Assembly (NCBI GenBank): GCA_038153405.1
Contig: JAYOYH010000012.1
Location: 1 to 64,000 of the forward strand
Direction: 5' to 3'
From: Gemmatimonadota bacterium
Lineage (GTDB): Bacteria > Latescibacterota > UBA2968 > UBA8231
Length of the DNA: 64,000 nucleotides
The position numbers were made by a program, and so were the translations under genes. Each line of letters starts with the position of its first letter. The first letter of the stretch is position 1. Of the stretch, positions 18,406 to 26,907 are shown in pieces. The notes under the pieces were generated by a model. The model saw nothing but the letters and a program-made list of their open reading frames with translations. It was not told where the DNA came from and made no database searches.

Positions 18406-19068
18406 TTACCAGCGACCGCGACGCCCCGCGCGGTGGTAAAAAGCCTCGTCCTTCATCTCTTCCAATTCGCTGCGCTGCTCCTTGGTCAGCACCTTTTCAA
18501 CAGCTTCGCGGTGCTTTTTGGTCAGCGCTTGCATCGCTTCGCGCTGCTTCTGGCGCAGCCCTCTAATCTGCTCCATCTGCTCATCGCTCAGGTTGAGCTG
18601 TGCAAAGGGCCTGTGCCCCAGGCCGCGGCGATCCCCGCCGCGACCGTGCATCGCCGGACCGCCCTTGCCGCGACCACCGCGGCCCCAACCGCGATCGTGC
18701 ATTGCCGGACCACCCATGCCGCGACCACCGCGACCGTGCATCGCCGGACCACTCATGCCCCGTAGCTGCTCCATCTGCTCGCGCTGCTCGGCGGTCAAGA
18801 CCTTTTCCACCTGCTCCCGATGAGCGGCAAATAGCTGCTCCATCTTCTCTGGGCCGGGCCGCTCTCCGCTGGCGCGCAGCGCCTGCATTTCCTTGCGATG
18901 AGTTTCGCGCAGCTGCTTTACCTGCATCTTTTGCTCGTCGCTCAATCCCAGTTCGTCCATCATTGCCTCACCGCGCAGCGCTCCGAACGGACCGCGCTGG
19001 GCGTCAGCCGTAGCGATCGTCGCTACACTCCAACCTGCCACCAGCAGGTAAATCCACTTCTTCTTCAC
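18406..19068 (-). CDS. Spy/CpxP-family (LTxxQ) periplasmic protein with a Gly/Arg-rich repeat linker
   Basis: Signal peptide; LGLSDEQ, VLTAEQR, LNLSDEQ and VLTKEQR motifs; three GPAMH(G/D)RG repeats. Start is GTG 19068 (GAGGGG RBS) or ATG 19125. Confidence 0.8.
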   Translation of the reverse strand: MKKKWIYLLVAGWSVATIATADAQRGPFGALRGEAMMDELGLSDEQKMQVKQLRETHRKEMQALRASGERPGPEKMEQLFAAHREQVEKVLTAEQREQMEQLRGMSGPAMHGRGGRGMGGPAMHDRGWGRGGRGKGGPAMHGRGGDRRGLGHRPFAQLNLSDEQMEQIRGLRQKQREAMQALTKKHREAVEKVLTKEQRSELEEMKDEAFYHRAGRRGRW

Positions 19069-19132
19069 TGCCTTATACCCCTCGTGTGATGTTATCGTTT
19101 GAGAACCGGCCGCGTTCTTGTTCATTCACCCA

Positions 19133-19163
19133 TTAGACACAAACAACACGGATATTCATTCCC
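19133..19163 (-). promoter_or_regulatory. Putative ECF-sigma promoter of the Spy-like gene
   Basis: GGGAATG-N17-TGTCTAA. The same two boxes occur upstream of the ECF sigma gene. Confidence 0.7.
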
Positions 19164-19168
19164 GGCAA

Positions 19169-19207
19169 ATAAAAAAAACGGCGCGCTTGTGCGGGCCGTT
19201 TTTTTAT
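19169..19207. terminator. Bidirectional-type intrinsic terminator
   Basis: A8-CGGC...GCCG-T7 hairpin after the sigma operon. Confidence 0.75.
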
Positions 19208-19234
19208 GCGTTTACGCTGTCGCATGCATAGGTA

Positions 19235-19672
19235 CTATTGATCTCCGCGCGGCGGCCGTCGATCGCCTCGACCATCGCGCATACCGCGCGGCCGTCGATC
19301 GCCCCACCGACCCATCATTTCGCGAAAGCGCCGGTCGCGGTCTTCCAAGCGCACCCACTGCTCGGCATCTACGTGGGGCTTAAGTTCGGCGTATACCGAG
19401 TCGATCAGGCCTCGCATCGCATCGCGATGCGAGGCCTCTAATTGCTTGAAACGCGGCATTGCCCCGTCTAAGATGGACCGCACGCGCTGGCGCTGACCCT
19501 CGTCACGCGGTTCGATAAGACGCTCCGTATTGCGCGCAAAAAAATGTGGGTTGGGAATATGGCGCAGGCGTTGGCGCGTATACCATCCCATGCCCAGACT
19601 GCCTAGGACTATGCCCAACAGCAGCGTGCACAGCAGAATGAGCGCTCCTTTTCCCTTTGCGCCAAGTGCCAC
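19235..19672 (-). CDS. Membrane-anchored periplasmic helical protein (CnrX/ZraP-like sensor candidate)
   Basis: One N-terminal TM helix, a helical domain ending L.P.VD.EQ, and an Arg/Gly-rich tail. Third gene of the sigma operon; GTG start at 19672. Confidence 0.6.
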   Translation of the reverse strand: MALGAKGKGALILLCTLLLGIVLGSLGMGWYTRQRLRHIPNPHFFARNTERLIEPRDEGQRQRVRSILDGAMPRFKQLEASHRDAMRGLIDSVYAELKPHVDAEQWVRLEDRDRRFREMMGRWGDRRPRGMRDGRGDRRPPRGDQ

Positions 19673-19673
19673 G

Positions 19674-20084
19674 CTATTGCTCCACCGCGTAGGCGACATC
19701 TAACGAGATGGGGTCTACGGCAAAAACGGCCTCGAGGATCGGTACTTCTTCTTCGGTGGACGCGTAGTCGCTCCAATTGCTGAACGCAATAAATAGGGCG
19801 ACGAGGGCCGCCGTTGGAACAAGAGGACGAAACAGCCACAGCAGACCGTCGGTTAAACTCTCGCTCTGTTTGGCGCGCAGGTGCTGAACGACGCGGGCGG
19901 CGAAAAAGGGCCGGAAGGACTGGGGGCGTTCGGCCTGTAGAAGCCCCTGCACGCGTTGAAGGTCGCGCCATTCGGCGCACAGCGCACCGTCTTCCTCTAG
20001 GCGCTGGGCCAGCGAACTGGCCTCCGTTTCGCTCAGTTCACCTGTCAGTGCACGCATCATCATCGTGCGATCGTCACCGTTCAT
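19674..20084 (-). CDS. Putative single-TM anti-sigma factor
   Basis: N-terminal ASD-like LTGELS..E...L...L, an F..RV motif, and one TM helix. Overlaps the sigma stop (ATGA). Confidence 0.75.
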   Translation of the reverse strand: MNGDDRTMMMRALTGELSETEASSLAQRLEEDGALCAEWRDLQRVQGLLQAERPQSFRPFFAARVVQHLRAKQSESLTDGLLWLFRPLVPTAALVALFIAFSNWSDYASTEEEVPILEAVFAVDPISLDVAYAVEQ

Positions 20085-20650
20085 GCGTCATCCACCTCAC
20101 TCTTGAGGATTTCCTGTAGTTTTTTCATGCCGCGCGAAAGGCGCGATAACACCGTGCCCTCCGCCAAGTCTAGCATCTCGGCCGTGTCCCTAGTGGAGTA
20201 GCCTTCCAACATGCGCAGGACCACTACGGCGCGAAACTCTGGGCTGATCTGCTGCAGCGCCGCCTGTACCTCTTCGCGGCGCTCTTGGCCAGCGCGTTCT
20301 TCGCGACCGTCTACGCCAACCTCTTCCGGCGCATTGTGCTCTTCGTCGCGACTCCAAAAGCGCAAGCGCATGCGCTTGCGGCGCTTGATGGCATTGAGCG
20401 ATAGATTGATCGCTATGCGCGTCAGGTAAGTACCCACCGCCGCATCGCCGCGAAATACGTCGAGGGCTTCATAAAATCGAATAAAAACTTCCTGTCCGAC
20501 GTCTTCGGCCTCGGCGCCGGCGCCCAACATCCCCACAACCGTCGCAGCCACTCGACTTTCGTATTGCTCCACCAGTGCGCGAAAGGCTCTTTCATCGCCT
20601 GCTTTAGCGCGAGCGATTCGCTCCGTATCGGTGGCTAGCTGCTCCTCCAT
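20081..20650 (-). CDS. ECF RNA polymerase sigma factor (sigma-70 family)
   Basis: GDERAFRALV, AEDVGQEVF, YLTRIAIN, and region 4 EGYS..DTAEML.L.EGTVLSRLSRG. Start at ATG 20650 or 20656. Confidence 0.95.
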   Translation of the reverse strand: MEEQLATDTERIARAKAGDERAFRALVEQYESRVAATVVGMLGAGAEAEDVGQEVFIRFYEALDVFRGDAAVGTYLTRIAINLSLNAIKRRKRMRLRFWSRDEEHNAPEEVGVDGREERAGQERREEVQAALQQISPEFRAVVVLRMLEGYSTRDTAEMLDLAEGTVLSRLSRGMKKLQEILKSEVDDA

Positions 20651-20656
20651 ATACAT

Positions 20657-20686
20657 TTAGACAGTATATCGGCCATTTCCATTCCC
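20657..20686 (-). promoter_or_regulatory. Putative autoregulatory ECF promoter
   Basis: GGGAATG-N16-TGTCTAA immediately before the sigma start codon. Confidence 0.7.
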
Positions 20687-20937
20687 ACTGCACGCAAGGA
20701 CCATCACCGATCCGCTGTCCGCCACTCCAATTCCTCGTTATGAGTCTGATAACCTCGCACCTGACACCGCGCAAGGGACTGCACGGCCGTAAAATACGGT
20801 TTGGCGCGCTGCGCTACCAGCACATTAATCCTTCTGCTGGCAGCAAATAGGAGACTGCCGGCATACCGGGGCGTTGTCATTAGCGTCGTTTTTAGTACTT
20901 TTGTCCTGTCCTTTCCACCCATTCCAACGCCTCCTCC

Positions 20938-22233
20938 ATGCGCATCCTCACGCTCGGTCTCAACCATCACACTGCACCGGTAGAAATACGCGAGCGACTG
21001 GCCTTTCCAGAAAACGACCAGCCGCAGGCCCTGACCCGCCTGCTGGAGGAATACGGCTTAAGCGAAGCGGCTATTCTCTCCACCTGCAATCGCTCAGAGC
21101 TCTACATCGCCGTCGATAGCGATAGCGGTATCGAGGGAGCACATCGCTTTTTGGCCGATACGCGCGCAGTGGACGTGCAGCAGCTGCAGTCGCACTTCTA
21201 CATGCTCAGCGGTGAAGACGCCGCCACGCACCTGTTCCGCGTGGCCTGCGGCATTGATTCGCTAGTGCTCGGCGAGTCGCAGATTCTCAAACAGGTGCGC
21301 ACCGCGCTCGATACGGCGCAGCGCAACGGCTCGGCGCGCCTTCTGCTCAACGAGTTGTTCCAGCGCTCGCTGCGCACGGGCAAACGCGCGCGCAGCGAGA
21401 CGGATATCGGCCGCGGACACCTGTCGATCAGCACGGCGGCCGTCGAATTAGCCGGGCAGGTATTCGATCACCTCGAGAGCTGCCACACCATGCTGCTGGG
21501 TGCCGGTGAAATGGGCGAACTAACGGCCCAGTACCTGATCGATGCCGAGGTCGCCTCGCTGCGGGTAGCCAACCGCACGTTCGCCCGCGCCGAAGAGTTG
21601 GCGCAGCGCTTTGGCGGTCAGGCTGTCGACTTTGCCCACCTCGTCGATCACCTAGCCAAAACCGATATCGTCATTTCCTCGACCTCGGCGCCCGACTTTG
21701 TCGTGACGCCCCCCATGCTGCGCGAAGCCATGGAACTGCGCCGCGGTCGGCCCATATTCCTCATCGATATTGCCGTGCCGCGCGACATCGATCCGGCCGT
21801 GCGCCAGATCGACAATGTGTTCCTCTTCGATATCGACGATTTACAGCAGGTCGTGGCGAGCAACAAAACGGAGCGCGAGCGCGAAATCGACAAGGTGCAG
21901 CTGATTATCGAAGACGAATTGCGCGACTTCCTGCACTGGTTTAACGCACTGAGCGCCGGTCCGCTAATCCGCGATCTGCGCCGGCACGCGGCCGAACTGC
22001 AGCACGTCGAACTGCGGCGCTGGAGCGCCAAGCTCGATCGCCTGCCGGAGGAGGACCGCAAGCTGGTCGAAGGCATTCTGCGCGGCTACGCCAACAAGCT
22101 GCTGCACCAGCCACTGGTCCAGGTGCGCCAATTTGCCAACGACGACGACGGCTATATGCGCTTTGACACCGTGCGTCGCCTCTTTGGCCTCGACGACCAA
22201 GGGGACGATGACGCGGAGCAGGAGACTTCATGA
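20938..22233 (+). CDS. hemA: Glutamyl-tRNA reductase
   Basis: GLNHHTAPVEIRE, STCNRSE, GIDSLVLGESQIL, GAGEMG, DIAVPRDID. Confidence 0.97.
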   Translation: MRILTLGLNHHTAPVEIRERLAFPENDQPQALTRLLEEYGLSEAAILSTCNRSELYIAVDSDSGIEGAHRFLADTRAVDVQQLQSHFYMLSGEDAATHLFRVACGIDSLVLGESQILKQVRTALDTAQRNGSARLLLNELFQRSLRTGKRARSETDIGRGHLSISTAAVELAGQVFDHLESCHTMLLGAGEMGELTAQYLIDAEVASLRVANRTFARAEELAQRFGGQAVDFAHLVDHLAKTDIVISSTSAPDFVVTPPMLREAMELRRGRPIFLIDIAVPRDIDPAVRQIDNVFLFDIDDLQQVVASNKTEREREIDKVQLIIEDELRDFLHWFNALSAGPLIRDLRRHAAELQHVELRRWSAKLDRLPEEDRKLVEGILRGYANKLLHQPLVQVRQFANDDDGYMRFDTVRRLFGLDDQGDDDAEQETS

Positions 22234-23126
22234 CCACCGCATGCGCCATCACCCTCGGTATTTCCCTGGTGCTCTACCTGACAGCCGCACTGCTCTTTCA
22301 GGGCTCTTTCCTGCTGCGCAAAGCAGGCTGGGAGCACCGCGGTCGACGCGCCCTGCTCGTCGGCGTTACCGTACACGCGCTGGGTATGGGCCTGCACGCC
22401 ACGCTGTCGGGTCAATCGCCGTTTTCCAGCATGCTCGTCGTCATATCGTGGCTGATTATCGTCCTGCTCGGCGCGGCGCTGCTAGCCGAGCACTACACCC
22501 ATATTCGCTACCTGAGTCTGTTGGCTTCGCCCTTGGCCTTTCTCGCCCTGCTCTATCCCATCCTCATGCCGGTGCAACTTGACGATAGCCAGTATGTCCT
22601 CGTGCAATACCCCTGGCTCGGGGTGCACGTCGTTCTCACGCTGCTCGGCTACGTCGGCTTTGCGCTGGCCTTCTGCACGGCCGTTACCTATCTGCTGCAG
22701 CAGCGCGCGCTCAAGAGCGGACGCCTGAACCACTACCTGCCCGCGCTCGACACCTCCGCAACGGCGACTTTCCGCTTTGCCGGTATCGGTTTCTCGATCT
22801 TCACGCTCGGTCTCGGCATGGGCATCATCTGGCTCTTTGGCGCACCCGGCGAGCACTTGCAGAGCCGCGATACCAAGGTGTGGATGGCCATCCCAACCTG
22901 GGCCGTCTTTGCCTACTATCTATATGTCCGCGGTATCCATCGCCGGCACGGTAGTCGCCTCAAGTGGATCGTCATCGTCGGCTTCCTCCTAGCCCTGGCC
23001 AATCTCGTAGGCGTGCGCCACGACTTTAATGGATCCGCACCGGTTCCAGATGAGCCCACCGGCGTGGCTACCCAACGCCGTGCGCCGCTTGCCCAATTGG
23101 ATGGCCCCCCGTGGCCTCTGCTATAG
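22230..23126 (+). CDS. ccsA: Cytochrome c assembly protein (CcsA/HemX-like)
   Basis: Eight TM segments, conserved His residues (VHA, GVHV, RH), and G..W...D.K...W. Translationally coupled to hemA. Confidence 0.75.
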   Translation: MTTACAITLGISLVLYLTAALLFQGSFLLRKAGWEHRGRRALLVGVTVHALGMGLHATLSGQSPFSSMLVVISWLIIVLLGAALLAEHYTHIRYLSLLASPLAFLALLYPILMPVQLDDSQYVLVQYPWLGVHVVLTLLGYVGFALAFCTAVTYLLQQRALKSGRLNHYLPALDTSATATFRFAGIGFSIFTLGLGMGIIWLFGAPGEHLQSRDTKVWMAIPTWAVFAYYLYVRGIHRRHGSRLKWIVIVGFLLALANLVGVRHDFNGSAPVPDEPTGVATQRRAPLAQLDGPPWPLL

Positions 23127-23140
23127 CGGCAACAGCAGCG

Positions 23141-23196
23141 TGCAACAATGCAACTTTACGTTGCAATATGTCGCCCTACATGCAGCATTGTGCATC
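23141..23196. promoter_or_regulatory. Putative enhancer (bEBP upstream activating sequences)
   Basis: Clustered TGCA elements, including the palindrome TGCAAC-N5-GTTGCA (23149-23165) and ATGCAGCATTGTGCAT, about 80-130 bp upstream of a sigma54 motif. Confidence 0.5.
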
Positions 23197-23273
23197 ATTT
23201 ATTTTTTAAAATACAAATAAGCAAGATTTTGTTTTTTATTGCTTTACATTCTTTTTTACAATAAAAAAAACGC

Positions 23274-23289
23274 TGGCATACGTCTTGCA
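23274..23289 (+). promoter_or_regulatory. Sigma54 (RpoN) -24/-12 promoter
   Basis: TGGCA-TACGTC-TTGCA, with GG at 23275-76 and GC at 23287-88 (canonical spacing). Preceded by an A/T tract. Confidence 0.8.
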
Positions 23290-23353
23290 GTAATGGTAGC
23301 AACCCGCTGCGTTTACACGCAGTGCCAATACTTTTACCCGTGGAGAACGCGCC

Positions 23354-23542
23354 ATGAAACGCGAGCGCTGGATTCGCCTGATCGCCGGCACCTTTGTGAT
23401 GGCTAGCTTGGCTTTGGGACACTTCGTCAATCCCTACTTCTACCTCTTTACTGCCTTTGTCGGCCTCAACCTCTTCCAGTCCTCGCTGACGCAGTGGTGT
23501 TTAATGGACGATATTCTGCGCAAAGTAGGGGTGCGGGGATAG
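23354..23542 (+). CDS. DUF2892 (YgaP-like) small membrane protein
   Basis: ER.IRLIAG, FVGLNLFQS..T.WC.M; GGAG RBS. Confidence 0.9.
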   Translation: MKRERWIRLIAGTFVMASLALGHFVNPYFYLFTAFVGLNLFQSSLTQWCLMDDILRKVGVRG

Positions 23543-23552
23543 GAGCATTCAC

Positions 23553-23729
23553 TTGGCAGACCTAATAGCTATCGCACTTTTTCTCGGCGCCTACTACGCC
23601 CTACAGCGCTACCTACTTCCCTACTTTGGGGTCCCTACCTGAATGGCTCCAACGCTCCCGGAGGGAGATCAAAACGGAGTGGATGCCACCCGTGCGGAAA
23701 ACGACAAATTAGAGCGCGAGCTGCAGTGA
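23553..23729 (+). CDS. Small membrane protein with in-frame UGA (candidate selenoprotein, 58 aa; 29 aa if UGA is a stop)
   Basis: AGGAG RBS and TTG start. MADLIAIALFLGAYYALQRYLLPYFGVPT-UGA(23640-23642)-MAPTLPEGDQNGVDATRAENDKLERELQ. A SECIS-like hairpin follows the UGA. Absent from the ORF track. Confidence 0.7.
23646..23680 (+). other. Putative bacterial SECIS element
   Basis: Upper stem CTCCC-GGA-GGGAG (23655-23667) begins 12 nt after the UGA and has a G-led loop. Lower stem GCTCC/GGAGT. Confidence 0.6.
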
Positions 23730-23751
23730 GTCGCAGGTGCATCTTATCGAC

Positions 23752-24984
23752 TCAGTAGGGCCGCACCAAAAGGGGAATTTCCATCTCTGCCGCGGTTAGA
23801 CCACCGTGCGCACCGTAGTGAATTTGCTCGAACTTGCCGCGCTCGTACCACCAGACCGAATGCCCCTCGTGCGGCAGAATCACCAAGTCGCCAATGTGGG
23901 CGCTAAACGCCTCGCTCGGCAGGCCCGGTCCAAACAGGCCGCTCGCCACCAAGTCGGCGCAGCGCAGTACCGATGCCCTGCCACTCAAGCGCATCTCAAA
24001 AAACGCCTGTGCCTCGTCTAACAGCCCTTCTTTGATATAGAGAAACATATCGCGGCACGAACCGGCCGGCACCAGCAACTGGCCGCTGCCGCTGCGGCGC
24101 AGAAAGCGCTCGACGCCGTCGAACTCCGGTTCGATATTGAGGTAGATCGTCGTGCGCGGATCGACCGCGGCCATGCCGTGATCGGCGACTACGATGAGCA
24201 GCGTATCGCCGTCGACGCCCTCGCCAAGCACCTGCTCGGCCGTCGATAGAAAGGCATCGACTTCGGCGTCGATATGCGCTGAGTCGGGCCCCTGCACGTG
24301 CCCCACCTGATCGATGCCATCAAAATAGAAGAAGAAATAAGCCGGATCCGTCTCATCCCGCAGCCGCGCCTTGAGCGAGGTCAGCCCTTCGGCCAGCGTC
24401 CGATAGGGCACGACGTCGGCCCCGTCGTAAGTCAGCCGCGCATAGGGCGATATCAGGTGCAGGGCCGGCTGGAAGGCACACGAGCGAATACCCATTTCCT
24501 CCAGATCGCGGTAGATCGTCTGGGTCGGCAATATTTCTTCGGGCTCTATGTCGACCAGAGCGTTGCGCATCTTGGTTCCCACCGGCGAGAACAGCAGCGG
24601 CGCGATAATTTGATCGACCAGCGGCTCGTAGTACTGCCACTCGTACACACCGCTCTCTATCGGCGGCATGCCCGTGTGAATGCAGGTCACGTGGGCGGCG
24701 GTAGTAGAGGGAAACTGCGCGGTGATTTTTTCGGCGACACCCCCCTCGACAAAGCGGCGCAAAAAGGGGTTATCGCGCAGGCGGGGTTGGCAAAAGCGCC
24801 AACCAAAAGCGTCGATAAAAAGCAGCGCGACTTTCTTCCAGCGCCGGTGGAGCGGGCCGAGCAGTTGGCTCGACAAGCCGGGTCCACCCTGTCCGGTCAA
24901 TACGTGGCGCACGGTCTGCGGGAGGTCGGCAAACGAACGCGTCCCGTACTGCGGCAGAACTACCTCTCTGTCAAACACATGCAC
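23752..24984 (-). CDS. Alkaline-phosphatase-superfamily protein (nucleotide pyrophosphatase/phosphodiesterase-like)
   Basis: IDAFG, FPSTT, DQVGH, ADHG, HGG. Confidence 0.88.
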   Translation of the reverse strand: MHVFDREVVLPQYGTRSFADLPQTVRHVLTGQGGPGLSSQLLGPLHRRWKKVALLFIDAFGWRFCQPRLRDNPFLRRFVEGGVAEKITAQFPSTTAAHVTCIHTGMPPIESGVYEWQYYEPLVDQIIAPLLFSPVGTKMRNALVDIEPEEILPTQTIYRDLEEMGIRSCAFQPALHLISPYARLTYDGADVVPYRTLAEGLTSLKARLRDETDPAYFFFYFDGIDQVGHVQGPDSAHIDAEVDAFLSTAEQVLGEGVDGDTLLIVVADHGMAAVDPRTTIYLNIEPEFDGVERFLRRSGSGQLLVPAGSCRDMFLYIKEGLLDEAQAFFEMRLSGRASVLRCADLVASGLFGPGLPSEAFSAHIGDLVILPHEGHSVWWYERGKFEQIHYGAHGGLTAAEMEIPLLVRPY

Positions 24985-25026
24985 CCCCGAAAATATTGCT
25001 CTGATAGATGACCATAGATAAGCGCG

Positions 25027-26907
25027 TTAATAAACGACGGAAACCGCGCCGGCGCGAGCTCGTCGGCCCACACCGGCATCGACTTCGATGCGGTAGATGT
25101 AGGTGCCGGGCGGCACGCGGTGCCCCCATGCATCGCGGCCGTCCCACACCCGGGCGTGCCGACCGCTCAACTCTTGGGCGGTTTGACCGCGGCGCACCAG
25201 GCGCCCATCGAGGCTGAAGACCTCGAAAGCGACCGGCGCCGGACGCGTCAGCTTGAGCACGTCGTAGGCAATGAGCAGATAGTCGTTGATGCCATCGTCG
25301 TTGGGCGTTAGCAGCGGCGAGGTGCTGGCGATCGAACCGACTAAGGGCGGATCCTCTTGGCGCAGGCGCACCGCCAGGCTGCCGCCGAGGCTGAGCGGAT
25401 CGACATCGCCCTCGCGCGCAAATTGGTACACCGTATCGATCTGCGCGCTGTCGGCGCCCTTGCGCCGGTCGAGCACGCGCACCTGAAACGGCGTGCCGTC
25501 GACAAAGATGGCGGCGCGAAAAAAGAGCTGCACGAAGCTGCCATCCCGCACGACGCGCTGCCACAGATTGACGTCGAAGCCGCTCTCGCGCTCCGTGTCC
25601 GCGGTGAAGACCACGAGCTGGTCGTCGACGCGCACGCTGTCGACGGCAAAGACCTTTGCCGGCGTCTCTACGCTGAGAAAGCGAAACCCCGTCGAACCGC
25701 TTTCGCCGCGTCGCATTTGCATCGACAGCACAAAGGGGGTTTCCACACCAGCGTCGACCTGCAGCGGGCTGATTTCGGCGCGCAGCGCGTCGGCTAGGGG
25801 ACGAGTAGAGTATTCGAAGACCAGGCGTTCCAGCTTGGCGCCGGGTTCCAACAGGCGCACGCGAAATTGGATGTAGCGGTTGGGGCTGGGCGAGCGGATC
25901 AGATCGCCGTCTACCGTTTCCCAACTGCTCCACTCGGGGTTGGGCAGCACGGGCCCCTGTTCGAGGGCGCCGAGAATGCCGTCGATGCCGTCGATGCCCT
26001 CCCATACATCGCGCGACTCGCGCCGCAGTCGCGCGCCCGATTGCACATAGTAGTGCAGCGGTTCCTCGTCGGGACCGGTGCGCGTCTGTAACACCACCGG
26101 CAGGTCTTGCAATCCGACCGCGCCCTCGTGGCGCACTACGCCCCATCCCGGCGTGCCGCTGCTGGCCAGCAGCGGCTGCGATACGAACTCACCGGTCGGC
26201 ACAGTGCCGTCGGCATAGACCTCAATTTCGGCGATTTCCCAGGGCAGGCTATTGAGCGGCACAAAGCGCAAATAGCGCGTTTGGCGCGTGCCCGTGACCT
26301 GGCGCGTGCCGGGCCAGTCGATTATTGCGCGGTAGTTGGGCCGCGTGCGCGAATAGCGTATCAGCTGCGAAAAGTCCTGATCAATAACGACGCGCAGAAA
26401 CTCCAGCGCCGTCTGCCGCTGCCCTAGCCCCAGTTCAAAAGACTGCGGAAACGAATCGACGTGATCGCTGTCCAAACGCGGAAATACGCGGACGCGATTG
26501 ATGCCGAATACGCCGCCCAGATCGACAAAGACCTCCACGTCGCGCTCGACGCCGGCCTCGTCCGGATTAAAGGCGGTTGCCACATCGCCATCGACCAGCG
26601 CTTCGGCTGCACTCGAGTTAAGTATGGTAAACGTATCGGTAAATTCGCCGGGGCCCGTCTGCAGCGGCCGCACGCCGCCCAGATAGGCGCCGCCGCCGCG
26701 CGCAACGGCTAGGGGAGCGATATTCTGGTCTACCGGAGCCGACCACGTCCACACCGAGTCGGCATTCACCTGTACAAAGGCACTGGAGTCCATCACCGCA
26801 TCCCACGGCACGCCGCCGCGGCCAACGACCAGGCGCAGCTGTGCTTCGCTCCACGAGGCCATGCAGCACAGCATCGCGCCAAGCCACAGGAATAAACGCC
26901 GTCTCAT
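25027..26907 (-). CDS. Secreted discoidin-like + C-terminal FlgD-Ig domain protein (paralog C)
   Basis: Signal peptide (SEA-Q); DLGG.F.INRVRVFPR, EIEVY, TRTG, WSSW...SP.RYIQF, TPNDDGIND, WDGRD..G..VPPGTY. Confidence 0.75.
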   Translation of the reverse strand: MRRRLFLWLGAMLCCMASWSEAQLRLVVGRGGVPWDAVMDSSAFVQVNADSVWTWSAPVDQNIAPLAVARGGGAYLGGVRPLQTGPGEFTDTFTILNSSAAEALVDGDVATAFNPDEAGVERDVEVFVDLGGVFGINRVRVFPRLDSDHVDSFPQSFELGLGQRQTALEFLRVVIDQDFSQLIRYSRTRPNYRAIIDWPGTRQVTGTRQTRYLRFVPLNSLPWEIAEIEVYADGTVPTGEFVSQPLLASSGTPGWGVVRHEGAVGLQDLPVVLQTRTGPDEEPLHYYVQSGARLRRESRDVWEGIDGIDGILGALEQGPVLPNPEWSSWETVDGDLIRSPSPNRYIQFRVRLLEPGAKLERLVFEYSTRPLADALRAEISPLQVDAGVETPFVLSMQMRRGESGSTGFRFLSVETPAKVFAVDSVRVDDQLVVFTADTERESGFDVNLWQRVVRDGSFVQLFFRAAIFVDGTPFQVRVLDRRKGADSAQIDTVYQFAREGDVDPLSLGGSLAVRLRQEDPPLVGSIASTSPLLTPNDDGINDYLLIAYDVLKLTRPAPVAFEVFSLDGRLVRRGQTAQELSGRHARVWDGRDAWGHRVPPGTYIYRIEVDAGVGRRARAGAVSVVY

